64,000 bases of DNA from an uncultured Candidatus Saccharibacteria bacterium. GTDB taxonomy: Bacteria > Patescibacteriota > Doudnabacteria > UBA920. Numbering within the stretch: position 1 is the first letter of the stretch; the number at the start of each line of letters is the position of its first letter. Where the stretch lies: assembly GCA_964561085.1 (NCBI GenBank), contig CAZLNP010000001.1, forward strand, positions 10,213-74,212. The letters are read 5' to 3'. Below are positions 19,186 to 28,970 of this stretch, in pieces. Under the pieces are notes generated by a model. It did no database searches. It was not told the DNA's origin and saw only the letters and a list, made by a program, of their open reading frames with translations. The translations under genes and the position numbers were made by a program.

Positions 19186-19214
19186 AGTATACACTAATTT
19201 AGAGGTTTTGTCAA
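19186..19214 (-). promoter_or_regulatory. Near-consensus sigma70 promoter
   Basis: TTGACA (19214-19209), 17 nt, TATACT (19191-19186). Confidence 0.75.
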
Positions 19215-19306
19215 GGGCTAAGGTGAAGAAAGAAACTAGCCTAAATTCAGCTTTATTTTAGATATATTTTAAGCTCTCTTTATGGAGATCCCCCTAATAT
19301 AGGGAT

Positions 19307-20431
19307 ATGACACATTATAACGAGACATACGACCTAGAACCACTCTATCTATATATACTATCCCTCCTCCCCGTTAGGAGACTGGAGGTGTTTGAGGAGT
19401 GGCGGGCCAGTGCCGGTTCCTTTGAAACTATCTGCCTGGCTACCGAAGAAGAACTGGCACGATTTGGATTAGGACTAGAGTTAATCATCAAACTAAGGCA
19501 AATTAAATTGGAGCATTCAGTTGAAAAGCTAGCTAAAGATCTAGAAAAAACAGGTGTCAGTACTCTCACCTACTACGATGAAGGATATCCAAAAATACTA
19601 AAGGAAATTTACGACGCTCCACCCGTACTTTTTTATCGTGGAAAATTAAGCGATCCTGACGAAGCATGTGTTGCGATTGTTGGTAGTCGAAGCATGACTT
19701 CTTACGGCGCCTTAGTCATGCCGCGAATCACCACTCCCCTAATCAACTCTGGAATAACAATTGTATCCGGCATGGCTTTAGGAATAGATGGCGCAGCGCA
19801 CAGTGAAAGTATTAAGTCTAATGCTCGCACAATTGCCGTGCTTGGAAGCGGTGTTGATGAAGCTAGTATCTACCCAAGAGGTCATTACAGACTATCGGAA
19901 CAAATTCTAGAAAATAATGGTTTAATTATTTCTGAACAACCGCCTGGTACACCAGGATACAAACAAAATTTCATTGCCCGAAATAGAATTATTGCAGGAC
20001 TTAGCTTGGGTGTGGTTATAGTTGAATGCAAACTAAAAAGCGGTGCGCTTCTCACTGCGGATTACGCTGCGGACTTTAATCGTGCTCTATACGCAGTGCC
20101 AGGACCTGCGTATTCAAGCTTAAGTGAAGGGCCACATATGCTAATTAGAAATGGGGCTTGCTTAATTACGCATGGTGATGAAATTCTCCATGACCTAGAA
20201 GTATCTGTGCCAGATATTCCAAAGAAATTAGAGGCGCTTCGTCATGCTGAATTTACCGAAACTGAGAAGCTTGTGTTAAAATTTATGCATAACAATCCAA
20301 TAACCGTAGACAGCCTAGCGTTGCTTACAAAACTAAATGTTGAAGTAGTTATGCAAACTCTTACGGTGATGGAGTTACGTGGTGTTATTAAAAATATTGG
20401 ATCCCGAGGTTTCATTTATATAGCTTTGTGA
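19307..20431 (+). CDS. dprA: DNA-processing protein DprA
   Basis: AIVGSR, IVSGMALGIDGAAH, F.ARNRII.GLS, SGALLTA. Confidence 0.96.
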   Translation: MTHYNETYDLEPLYLYILSLLPVRRLEVFEEWRASAGSFETICLATEEELARFGLGLELIIKLRQIKLEHSVEKLAKDLEKTGVSTLTYYDEGYPKILKEIYDAPPVLFYRGKLSDPDEACVAIVGSRSMTSYGALVMPRITTPLINSGITIVSGMALGIDGAAHSESIKSNARTIAVLGSGVDEASIYPRGHYRLSEQILENNGLIISEQPPGTPGYKQNFIARNRIIAGLSLGVVIVECKLKSGALLTADYAADFNRALYAVPGPAYSSLSEGPHMLIRNGACLITHGDEILHDLEVSVPDIPKKLEALRHAEFTETEKLVLKFMHNNPITVDSLALLTKLNVEVVMQTLTVMELRGVIKNIGSRGFIYIAL

Positions 20432-20472
20432 AAAGCGTTTTAGAATGATAAGCTCAATTAAGAATTTAATCT

Positions 20473-20814
20473 ATGAAAACACTAAGCTTAGTCTTTCGAG
20501 AAATAGACAAGTCCAGCTTCGACCGCATTAAGAATGGTGAAAAGACCATCGAAACAAGAGCAGGTCTTCCTGAATACAATGTGATAGAACCTGGGGATGA
20601 ATTAAAAATAAATTGCGGAGAAGACGAGATTAACAAAAAAGTTGTGGAAGTAAATCATTTTAGTAGTCTAGAAGAATTGATTGATAAAATTGGATTGGAA
20701 GATATTATGGCGGCTGGAACAACCAGAGATGAAGCAGTAGCGCGATGGAACAGTTTTCCAGGATACCCTGAACGAATTAGTAAATATGGAATTATTGCCT
20801 GGAGACTAAAATAA
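20473..20814 (+). CDS. ASCH/PUA domain protein
   Basis: FDRIKNGEKTIETR (GxKxxExR) motif. Confidence 0.8.
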   Translation: MKTLSLVFREIDKSSFDRIKNGEKTIETRAGLPEYNVIEPGDELKINCGEDEINKKVVEVNHFSSLEELIDKIGLEDIMAAGTTRDEAVARWNSFPGYPERISKYGIIAWRLK

Positions 20815-20874
20815 AAGTAGGTCGACCGCAAAAAGCAATCGACCTGCATACACTAATCTCGTTAAACACGAGGG

Positions 20875-21207
20875 TTACACTAAAAATACATCATTGAAAG
20901 CAGATAGCTCTGTGGCGAAACCGTCAGCATCTTCAACTTCAGAAATGTGCAATTGCCCATTACTGAAGTCCAAAGCTCCAGAAGAAAAACTCTCCTTAAG
21001 TCTCTGGATGATAGCAGCCTCTACTTCCCACGGAACCTCATCCTGGCCGCTATGCCTACTTAAAGTAAACTGCCCGTCTTCGTTGTTAATGCCGACAACA
21101 TAGTTCACACCTCTCAGATAATATATCTGACGAGGTTCTGACTTTCTTTCAGACCACGCCTTCCGAAATACGTTAGTAATATCAGTCGTTTCAATTCTTT
21201 CGATCAC
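20875..21207 (-). CDS. Hypothetical protein (ORFan)
   Basis: 110-aa ORF, GTG start with AGGGGG SD-like site and its own promoter-like sequence. Confidence 0.55.
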   Translation of the reverse strand: MIERIETTDITNVFRKAWSERKSEPRQIYYLRGVNYVVGINNEDGQFTLSRHSGQDEVPWEVEAAIIQRLKESFSSGALDFSNGQLHISEVEDADGFATELSAFNDVFLV

Positions 21208-21349
21208 TTATTACATCCCCCTGTCAAACTAATCCAAACTCCAAAACACTATCGTACCAAATGCAAAAATATTTGACAAGAATTAAAGTAATCCGTTAAA
21301 CTCCCATTTGCAATCGCAAAGAGCGCTAATCCTAATTTAAAAACCTTCA

Positions 21350-23626
21350 ATGGCAAAAGATTTAATCATAGTAGAGTCCCCAACTAAGGCTAAAACAATT
21401 TCTAAATTCCTCGACGGAAAATACGAAGTTGAAGCCAGTTTTGGTCATGTTCGAGACTTGCCTAAGTCTAAAATTTCCATTGATATAGAGCATGATTTCG
21501 CTCCTCAGTACGCTATTGCACCAAAAGCCAAAGAGATAATTGCCAAACTAAAAAAGATGGCTAAAACTGCTCCCTCTATTATATTAGCTACTGATGAAGA
21601 CCGTGAAGGAGAGGCTATCTCCTGGCACTTAGTAGAGGCGCTAGGATTAAAATATGATAATCCTAAATTGAAGCGTATTGTTTTCCACGAAATCACTAAA
21701 ACCGCTATTGATCATGCTCTTGCAACCCCACGCGCGATTGATCTTAATTTAGTAGACGCTCAGCAAGCACGCCGTGTTTTAGATCGTCTGGTTGGATACG
21801 AACTTTCCCCGTTCCTATGGCGTAAAATTCGCTACGGGCTCTCTGCTGGCCGCGTACAGTCTGTGGCAACCCGCTTAATAGTAGAGCGCGAGCGAGAAAT
21901 TGAGGCTTTCAAGGCTGAAGAATACTGGAGCATTGAAGCGATGCTATCTAAAACCGAAAGCAAAGAAAAAGATCCAATTACTTTCACTGCGAAACTTTCA
22001 AAGATTAACGATAAAGCAGTTGGTAAAATGGGCATCACAAATAGTGCTCAAGCCAAAGAAATCACCTCAGATCTAGACAACGCTAAATATATTGTTAACG
22101 ATATTACAAAGAAAGAAGTAAAGCGCAATCCAGCGGCGCCTTTTATTACATCTACATTACAACAAGAAGCGGCGCGCAAACTTGGTTTTAGCGCCAAACA
22201 AACTATGGCAGTAGCACAAGGTTTGTATGAAAAAGGGTTCATCACTTACATGCGTACTGACAGCTTAAACTTAGCAAAGTCTGCTCTAGAACAAGCACAA
22301 GCAGTTATTCTATCTGAATTTGGGAAGCAATATTCATTGAGCGAGCCACGAATTTTTACTAACAAGAGCAAGGGTGCGCAAGAAGCTCATGAAGCTATCC
22401 GCCCAACAGATCTTTCTGCATTGCCCCAAAATTTAAAAACATCTGAACGCAATGCCGTTCGGCTTTACGATTTAATTTGGAAACGTACTATTGCTTCTCA
22501 AATGCCACAAGCGGTTTTTGATCAAACTGGCGTAGACATTTCTGCTGGTCCAAGCGCTGCGCCAAACAAGTACACTTTCCGTGCAAATGGTCAGGTTGTA
22601 AAGTTCGATGGGTTTATCCGTGCTTACACAGAAGGAACCGATGAGAAGTCAGAAGATGAAATTGAAGGTGCTCTACCAGAGCTAAAGCTTGAAGAAATTT
22701 TGAAGCTAATTGAGTTGCAACCGAATCAACATTTCACTGAACCACCTCCCCGCTATACAGATGCTACTCTAATTAAAACATTAGAAGCTGCTGGAGTTGG
22801 TCGTCCTTCAACTTACGCCCCGACTCTAAGTACTATTCAAGATCGTGGCTACGTTACTAAAGAAGACAAGAAATATGCACCGACAGAAGAAGGTTATTTA
22901 GTGACTGACATGTTAGTTGCACACTTTCCCGAAATTATTGATTTGAATTTTACTTCTCAGATTGAAGAACAGTTTGATGATATCGAAGAAGGTAAGCGTA
23001 AATGGGTGCCAGTTATCGCAGATTTCTACGGACCATTTAAAGCGCATTTAGTAGAAAAAGAAAAAACTGTTGAAAAGAAAATTGAGTTGTCCGATGTCCC
23101 CTGCCCTCATTGTTCAAAAATGATGTTAATCAAATACGGACGCATGGGTAAATTCTTAGCTTGCCCCGAAGAAGGAAGCAAGGTGACTTTACCGATGCCA
23201 GAAGAAGCTGCTCAAATTGCTGCACTTGAAGAAAAAACTAAAGGCGAAGTTTGTCCAATCTGCGAAGGTCCGATGAAAGTGCATCGTGGCCGATTTGGAT
23301 TCTTCCTAGGTTGCGCAGACTATCCGAAGTGCAAAGGTATAATGAAAATTTGGAATAAGACTGGCTTCAAGTGTCCAAGCTGTTTAGAAAGCGCTGATCG
23401 CAAAGAGAAGCCTGGTGATGTTGTAGAAAAGAAAAGTCGTGGTCGTGGTAAGCCGTTCTGGGCCTGTACGCTATGGCCAGACTGTACTTTGATTCTAAAC
23501 GCTAAGCCTGAATCGGAAGCCCAGCTGATGGAACTATTTGAGGAATCCAAAAAACCAAAGCCAAAAGTTAAAGGCAAACGCAAGACAGCTGCTAAGAAAA
23601 AGGTCGCTAAAAAAACCGCTGAATAA
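21350..23626 (+). CDS. topA: DNA topoisomerase I
   Basis: IVESPTKAK, ATDEDREGE, SAGRVQS, ITYMRTD, C-terminal Zn ribbons, Lys-rich tail. Confidence 0.98.
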   Translation: MAKDLIIVESPTKAKTISKFLDGKYEVEASFGHVRDLPKSKISIDIEHDFAPQYAIAPKAKEIIAKLKKMAKTAPSIILATDEDREGEAISWHLVEALGLKYDNPKLKRIVFHEITKTAIDHALATPRAIDLNLVDAQQARRVLDRLVGYELSPFLWRKIRYGLSAGRVQSVATRLIVEREREIEAFKAEEYWSIEAMLSKTESKEKDPITFTAKLSKINDKAVGKMGITNSAQAKEITSDLDNAKYIVNDITKKEVKRNPAAPFITSTLQQEAARKLGFSAKQTMAVAQGLYEKGFITYMRTDSLNLAKSALEQAQAVILSEFGKQYSLSEPRIFTNKSKGAQEAHEAIRPTDLSALPQNLKTSERNAVRLYDLIWKRTIASQMPQAVFDQTGVDISAGPSAAPNKYTFRANGQVVKFDGFIRAYTEGTDEKSEDEIEGALPELKLEEILKLIELQPNQHFTEPPPRYTDATLIKTLEAAGVGRPSTYAPTLSTIQDRGYVTKEDKKYAPTEEGYLVTDMLVAHFPEIIDLNFTSQIEEQFDDIEEGKRKWVPVIADFYGPFKAHLVEKEKTVEKKIELSDVPCPHCSKMMLIKYGRMGKFLACPEEGSKVTLPMPEEAAQIAALEEKTKGEVCPICEGPMKVHRGRFGFFLGCADYPKCKGIMKIWNKTGFKCPSCLESADRKEKPGDVVEKKSRGRGKPFWACTLWPDCTLILNAKPESEAQLMELFEESKKPKPKVKGKRKTAAKKKVAKKTAE

Positions 23627-23639
23627 TTTCAGCGGTTTT

Positions 23640-24296
23640 TTAATCATCAACAATAAAGTACCTTTTCCTTAGGGTATACAAAATCAATATGCCGACAAGC
23701 AAAGGGATGACTCCAAATAATAGTCCCCCATTACTAAAAGCTATTCCAGCTAAGTAAAACAAAGGTAGACCAATCAATAAATACGAAAATAAAGTGCCCA
23801 TTACAAAGTGAGTGAAAGTAATGTTAGTGATTCCGGCGGCATAGCTAACCATTTCTGAAATCGGTCCACCAAATACACGCATAATGATTAAAGCCTCTAA
23901 CTCATTTCGAGGATTAAATTTTATCCTTTGAGATTGCTTCAAGCCACTTTCACCAAATACTTTTAAAATTACTCGAGGGCCGTATATCCTAGCCAACCAG
24001 AATACCAAACACGTTCCAATAAATGCTCCTACCATATCTACTAACAGCGCTGGCAACCAACCGATAACTGGTATGGCTCCTACTGTAAAGACTAGGCCAG
24101 GCAATGGCGGCCAAATAATTCCAACAATCTTAATGGCTATTAAAATTAAACAAAACCAAACTAAATTTTGCCCTGACCACGTAAGGAGCGACTGGAAACT
24201 ATCAGTTCTAGAAAAAATTCCATACGCTACAATTGTAACAATAAAAGCCACGGCAATTAGCACTATAAACTTATATTGTTTCAGTAAAGCCTTCAT
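23640..24296 (-). CDS. TVP38/TMEM64 (VTT, DedA superfamily) membrane protein
   Basis: PPLPG..F...G, SYAAGIT; multiple TM helices. Confidence 0.8.
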   Translation of the reverse strand: MKALLKQYKFIVLIAVAFIVTIVAYGIFSRTDSFQSLLTWSGQNLVWFCLILIAIKIVGIIWPPLPGLVFTVGAIPVIGWLPALLVDMVGAFIGTCLVFWLARIYGPRVILKVFGESGLKQSQRIKFNPRNELEALIIMRVFGGPISEMVSYAAGITNITFTHFVMGTLFSYLLIGLPLFYLAGIAFSNGGLLFGVIPLLVGILILYTLRKRYFIVDD

Positions 24297-24318
24297 AAGT
24301 TTATGATACCACGCCCCC

Positions 24319-24347
24319 TTGAAATTATCTGATAAATGCGCTAAAAT
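24319..24347 (+). promoter_or_regulatory. tRNA promoter
   Basis: TTGAAA-17-TAAAAT upstream of tRNA-Lys. Confidence 0.6.
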
Positions 24348-24360
24348 TGTTGAGTATTTG

Positions 24361-26034
24361 TTAAACCATACTCTTGGGTCTGTAGCTCAGTTGGTAGAGC
24401 AGTGGCCTTTTAAGCCATTTGTCGCGGGTTCGAATCCCGCCGGACCCACCAAATGAGTCTTGCTCGAATATAGGATTGCCTTTAGTTTTATTACGGCATA
24501 AGTAATCCAACGGTTCTTGCAAGACAGCACGGACAATTTGTCCATCACGCATATACAATTCTTTGAATAACGTTCGAGCCAAGAGAGCCTTCATTTGAGG
24601 CTCTTTTGCGTTTTGGTAGGCATACGCGCAACTAACCGTTAGTGATAGTGCAATCTCAACAGTACGGACGACTCCCGCAATTTTACTTTCAACTTTACCG
24701 AGTTCATCAGTTAACTTTGTATCTTCCATTCCTAATTCAGCCATAACCGTATGGTACAAATCCATATCTCCAGAGGTGTTATTTTCTTTATCAACTAACT
24801 GAAGAACTAAGTTTTTCTTCTGCCGTTTAATGTTCGCTACTTTCCCTAGTATATCCTTACGGGCTTTTTCATAGATAACATGTTCATCAGAAAACAATCC
24901 CCTGACTTTTGCTTGAAGCTTTTCAGTAGTAGATACAGGCAGGTTGATAGTTTGAAGAAGTTTCTCAAACTGATTTTCATACTCAGACTCATGATGGTAC
25001 TTCTGACTACAAGGTACTTTCCTTTTCTTGATAGCCTTTAGACAACGAAGATACCGATAGATGTTCTTTTTACGAGTTACCTGCTCATCACTAGTCATTT
25101 TACTACTGCACTCATCGCAGTATGAGATGCCTTTAAGGATAGAAAACAAACGCCACTTCCGACTTGAACTACTAGAGCGTGATGAGCATACCGCTTGGGC
25201 TTTATCGAATAACGCACGATCTAAAAATAGTTCGTGGTTACCATTTTCATTTACAACTCCGTCCCATATAATATGCCCAATATAGAATTTGTCTTGGAGA
25301 ATGCGAGCCAAATAGCTAGCTTGCAAAACACTGCGAGTCTGACCTTTAAATAAACGAAGTGGAAACCCTTCATCAATAAGCTGTTCAGCTAAATCACGAG
25401 TTGACCAGTTGCCAGTAGCATACAGTTCATATGCCCTAGTGACCCATTTAGCCTCTGTCCAGTCTACTTCTATCCACGCCTTAACTTTACCAGTAGACGC
25501 TTTCTCCTGAACATTTTTATATCCATAAGGGGCTGTCCTTGGCCAACCCCCAGCTTTCGCTTTCTGTATTAGATTGTTCTTAACTCGGCGACCATGTTGA
25601 GCAGAATAGAATTCTGCTAGTGAAGATAGGATTCCTTCCAACATTTGACCCTCAGGGCTGTCATCAATACCTTCTGTGGCGGAAATTAATTTAACATTGT
25701 GTTTACGCAATGCGACTTTAATAAGTGAGAGGTCATCACGATTGCGAGCTAGGCGGCTTAGGTCGTAAACAGTGATTGCCTGAACAGACTTATCTTTTTC
25801 ACAACGATTTAGCATATCCAGCAGTGCTGCACGATCCATTGTGCGAGCACTCAGTCCTGCATCTGTGTAAATGTCTGTCTCAAGGTTAAATGTGTAGCCA
25901 TTTTGCTCTGCGTATTCTGTACATTTAGCTTGCTGTGTTGGGAGAGCAATGCCTTTTTCGGCTTGCTGGTCGGTTGATACCCGTAGATAAATGAGGGTAA
26001 TACCTTTTGATTGATTTATTGATTGTTCGTTCAT
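24361..26034 (-). CDS. Large serine recombinase/integrase; last 27 codons read antisense through tRNA-Lys
   Basis: YLRVSTDQQ catalytic Ser, DLSRLARN, APYGY, recombinase domain, Zn ribbon CDEC...C...C, coiled coil. Confidence 0.95.
   Translation of the reverse strand: MNEQSINQSKGITLIYLRVSTDQQAEKGIALPTQQAKCTEYAEQNGYTFNLETDIYTDAGLSARTMDRAALLDMLNRCEKDKSVQAITVYDLSRLARNRDDLSLIKVALRKHNVKLISATEGIDDSPEGQMLEGILSSLAEFYSAQHGRRVKNNLIQKAKAGGWPRTAPYGYKNVQEKASTGKVKAWIEVDWTEAKWVTRAYELYATGNWSTRDLAEQLIDEGFPLRLFKGQTRSVLQASYLARILQDKFYIGHIIWDGVVNENGNHELFLDRALFDKAQAVCSSRSSSSSRKWRLFSILKGISYCDECSSKMTSDEQVTRKKNIYRYLRCLKAIKKRKVPCSQKYHHESEYENQFEKLLQTINLPVSTTEKLQAKVRGLFSDEHVIYEKARKDILGKVANIKRQKKNLVLQLVDKENNTSGDMDLYHTVMAELGMEDTKLTDELGKVESKIAGVVRTVEIALSLTVSCAYAYQNAKEPQMKALLARTLFKELYMRDGQIVRAVLQEPLDYLCRNKTKGNPIFEQDSFGGSGGIRTRDKWLKRPLLYQLSYRPKSMV
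24376..24451 (+). tRNA. tRNA-Lys (anticodon UUU) with encoded CCA
   Basis: Cloverleaf: GGGTCTG/CGGACCC acceptor, GCTC/GAGC D-arm, GTGGC-CTTTTAA-GCCAT anticodon arm, GCGGG-TTCGAAT-CCCGC T-arm, ACCA end. Confidence 0.97.
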
Positions 26035-26062
26035 AATAGTTACTGTTAATTATTTGGATAAT

Positions 26063-26143
26063 AAAACCCTGCCTAGGACTCGGTGTCGCAGCCGAGGTGC
26101 TGTAAACTTTGCCTAGGTAGGGCTTTGGGATTCTATGTCGCAG
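26063..26143 (-). promoter_or_regulatory. Structured leader/attenuator upstream of the recombinase
   Basis: 15-bp outer stem, inner CTCGG/CCGAG hairpin; loop octamer TGTCGCAG repeated at 26136-26143. Confidence 0.55.
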
Positions 26144-26219
26144 ATAATTGTTACTTTAATTATATCATACGACCTGCCTCTACCAGAGTCTGGTCTTTGC
26201 TGACAATGCTGTCTTGCTG

Positions 26220-27773
26220 TCAAAAAGGAACTTCACTTACGCTTATATCCTCATTTTCATTACTTAAAGGTTCAACGCTCGGCGTGACAGCAAGGGTAGT
26301 AATTTGAATGTTGCGCAAACCATCTCCCCGATCACGGGTTACTAAGATTCCTCGCTCTCGCAGATTAGGAATGACTTCTTCGAGTTTTCGCCATAGCCAG
26401 TTTGCTTGCTTAGGCAAAACTTTTTGTTTGTCCAACCCTATTCCATCAGCTACATCTTTTAGTTCAGTTAAAAGTGCAGTTGGAGTTCCCTGCCACTCAG
26501 TATGAGTTTTCATAAACTGCATTATCATAAAGGCTACGCTAGATGTTTCAATTACCTCATCATGTTGAAGTTGGCGATTAGCTTTAAGAGCAGAAATGAA
26601 AACACTTTTACCAACCCCTAGTACTTCACTCGCTCCTGCACCAAACTGTGCAAATCCTGCCATGCGATACTGTTCTAAACCTTCAACTTTAGGATTATCT
26701 TGTCGGTACTTCATAGTCTGTGCTATTACAGTAAACAATGCGCCAAGCAAACGAGGGCGAGCTTCTTCAAATCGTGCGAATAGTTTTTGCTCATCTTCAT
26801 AGTTTTCAGGGGGTTGTAGATTCACTATCAAAGCACGGTCTAATATGTCTGGTTTATCTATTGGCAAGTTAATGCCGTTCATACCAAGCACTCGCTGAAA
26901 GGAATAGATAATGTCGTCGTCATTTGTAAATAACTCTCGCTTACTAAACCCTTCTCCAGTTACTACACGGCATAGCAAGTCTGAAAAATCAGATTTTATT
27001 GGACTCAAGTTATCTAGTGGCAGAAAGTAGTTATGACTGGCTTGTTGAATGAACTCATTTAAATCTCGCTGTGGACCAACTGTTTCAAGCATTGAGGGGT
27101 CAAGTAAACGCCGCAATAACTTAAACAATGTGGTCTTTCGTGAACCCTTCTCACCTTTAACGACAAGTATAGGATGTGGGAAGCCTTGAATAAGAGCAGT
27201 TGCAAGCCATATTAGTAATAGCAATCGCTCTTTCTGTTCGGCTGGCTCTGGAATGTAGTCAAAGACTTCTTCCAACTTTCCGCCCTCTATGGGTGTAACC
27301 TGTGCCTTTTGATGTGCAAACCGATAGAATAAGATTGGAGGCTTTTCTACTACTGTCCAACCATTCTCGGTAATTTTGACTGCCTTGCCATCACCCAAGT
27401 CATACCACAGCTCGTTACCTAAGTTAGCTGCTCGAACATGAAGTTCTAATTGTTTGCCCTCGTGCAATGCATGTCCTTCTAGAGTTCGTACTGCGGTTTC
27501 TATAATCGCCGAGTTAATGGGCTTACCTAGCGACTTCCAGCCTAAATGCGATAGCCATGACTTAAATTCACGATTGCGGAGTCGCAAGATTTTACCACCA
27601 TTCCCCTCCATCGCAATGAACGCTGAACCAAACTGGTCGTGAAATAGAACAGATTCGCCTTTTAGTACTTTATTGATAAGAACAGTTGTTTGACCTTTAT
27701 CTTCCTCATTTAAGATTTCACTTTGAGCTGAATCTTGTACAGCCGTATTATCTCCGATAGGAGTTTCTTCCAT
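26220..27773 (-). CDS. Phage/satellite-type replication ATPase (helicase-like P-loop NTPase)
   Basis: Walker A GEKGSRKTT, Walker B-like LPLDN, RELFTNDD, NGIN...DILDR, C-terminal W.GT.T.LL winged-helix-like segment. Confidence 0.75.
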   Translation of the reverse strand: MEETPIGDNTAVQDSAQSEILNEEDKGQTTVLINKVLKGESVLFHDQFGSAFIAMEGNGGKILRLRNREFKSWLSHLGWKSLGKPINSAIIETAVRTLEGHALHEGKQLELHVRAANLGNELWYDLGDGKAVKITENGWTVVEKPPILFYRFAHQKAQVTPIEGGKLEEVFDYIPEPAEQKERLLLLIWLATALIQGFPHPILVVKGEKGSRKTTLFKLLRRLLDPSMLETVGPQRDLNEFIQQASHNYFLPLDNLSPIKSDFSDLLCRVVTGEGFSKRELFTNDDDIIYSFQRVLGMNGINLPIDKPDILDRALIVNLQPPENYEDEQKLFARFEEARPRLLGALFTVIAQTMKYRQDNPKVEGLEQYRMAGFAQFGAGASEVLGVGKSVFISALKANRQLQHDEVIETSSVAFMIMQFMKTHTEWQGTPTALLTELKDVADGIGLDKQKVLPKQANWLWRKLEEVIPNLRERGILVTRDRGDGLRNIQITTLAVTPSVEPLSNENEDISVSEVPF

Positions 27774-27925
27774 TATTGTTGCCTTTCTTTGTTAGCAAGT
27801 TGTTCCCCAGCATGAAGCTGTCGAGCAATAGTTGCTAATGCCAATGCCAAACAATCCACAAGTCGATTTTCTTCGGCTTGCATATCCATATCATTAGTTT
27901 CGATTGTTTGAAGATTCTCTGACAT
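27773..27925 (-). CDS. Small hypothetical protein (50 aa), translationally coupled to the helicase-like gene
   Basis: MSENLQTIETNDMDMQAEENRLVDCLALALATIARQLHAGEQLANKERQQ*; TAATG stop/start overlap; below ORF-track size cutoff. Confidence 0.6.
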   Translation of the reverse strand: MSENLQTIETNDMDMQAEENRLVDCLALALATIARQLHAGEQLANKERQQ

Positions 27926-27942
27926 TGATTAAATTTAATAAA

Positions 27943-28016
27943 TCCGCTAGGGGCTAGGTAGTTCCATGAGCTAGACGGCTCTACCCAGCCCTTAACGGAC
28001 TGTTTGCTCATGGAAT
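27943..28016 (-). ncRNA. Candidate c4/CI-like antisense or cis-regulatory hairpin RNA
   Basis: 19-bp stem (two G-U pairs on minus strand) enclosing GCUCAUGGAA, which is complementary to sites at 28006-28015 and 28825-28834. Confidence 0.5.
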
Positions 28017-28091
28017 TTTGCCCAACAAAAAAGCTATAGACTTTTCTATAGCTTATTGGACTTTTAATGGCGTGTATAAGAATTTTGTGTA

Positions 28092-28823
28092 CTACACTTG
28101 TTTGCGTCTGAGATTCTCTTTTGAGACGATTTTACCAACACTTCCCTCGTCAACTTTCTGTTTAAGTTCAGTAGGTAACTGACGCAGTATTTCCTTACCT
28201 GGTAAATGTCTATTCTGATAAATCAAATCATCTCGTCTAACATTTAATGGTTTGCGTTTACGAAACTTGCCAATTTTAATTTCAGGTTTACTGTACTTCC
28301 TTTTCAATGGCATGATTTCTGTAGGGTTAACCTTTTGAACATAGGCAAGGATGTCTCTCAGTGAAGCGTATGGGCTAACTAATATGCTTATTGGAAACTG
28401 TTCACTAAGTTCTACGGTATTCATGCTGTGAGTTTCAGCTACTCGACATAAAGCAAATTTGTTTTTATAAAGTGGCAGTGGCAATACATCATCAAAAAAT
28501 ATGACAGGATGTATCATTTCGTTCCACTCTTTTGGGTCTAAATTGAACTTGCGACATATCGTGTCAACTTCCTTAAGCAAAGCTGATAGCGCGGTATGGT
28601 CATTACCCAAATATTCAATAAGCCATTTTTCTTGGGCACTATCATTATTGAAACCCTTTGCAGGAATACCCAACTTCCTTCTAAGCTTAAGAATTTCACT
28701 TCGAAAACGATCGCTTCTTACCAAGGCTTCAAAGTGATGAACTAACTTCTTGTGCGCTTGGGTAGTATGAAGTTTTTTGGCATCTCGAAATGTGGGAGTA
28801 TCAGCATTGTGAGTGATTTTCAT
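28092..28823 (-). CDS. Hypothetical protein of the integrated element (basic)
   Basis: 243-aa ORF co-oriented with the replication/integration module. Confidence 0.7.
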   Translation of the reverse strand: MKITHNADTPTFRDAKKLHTTQAHKKLVHHFEALVRSDRFRSEILKLRRKLGIPAKGFNNDSAQEKWLIEYLGNDHTALSALLKEVDTICRKFNLDPKEWNEMIHPVIFFDDVLPLPLYKNKFALCRVAETHSMNTVELSEQFPISILVSPYASLRDILAYVQKVNPTEIMPLKRKYSKPEIKIGKFRKRKPLNVRRDDLIYQNRHLPGKEILRQLPTELKQKVDEGSVGKIVSKENLRRKQV

Positions 28824-28970
28824 TGCTCATGGAATCAATTACATGCCTAAAGTATAACAAAATCAGTATAAATAACCACTCTTTACTTAACAAGTTCAGA
28901 GTTCAAAAAAACCAACAATTTTATCCTCACAACAAGAGAGAAGGGGCCTAAAACAGAATATGCCGAAATC

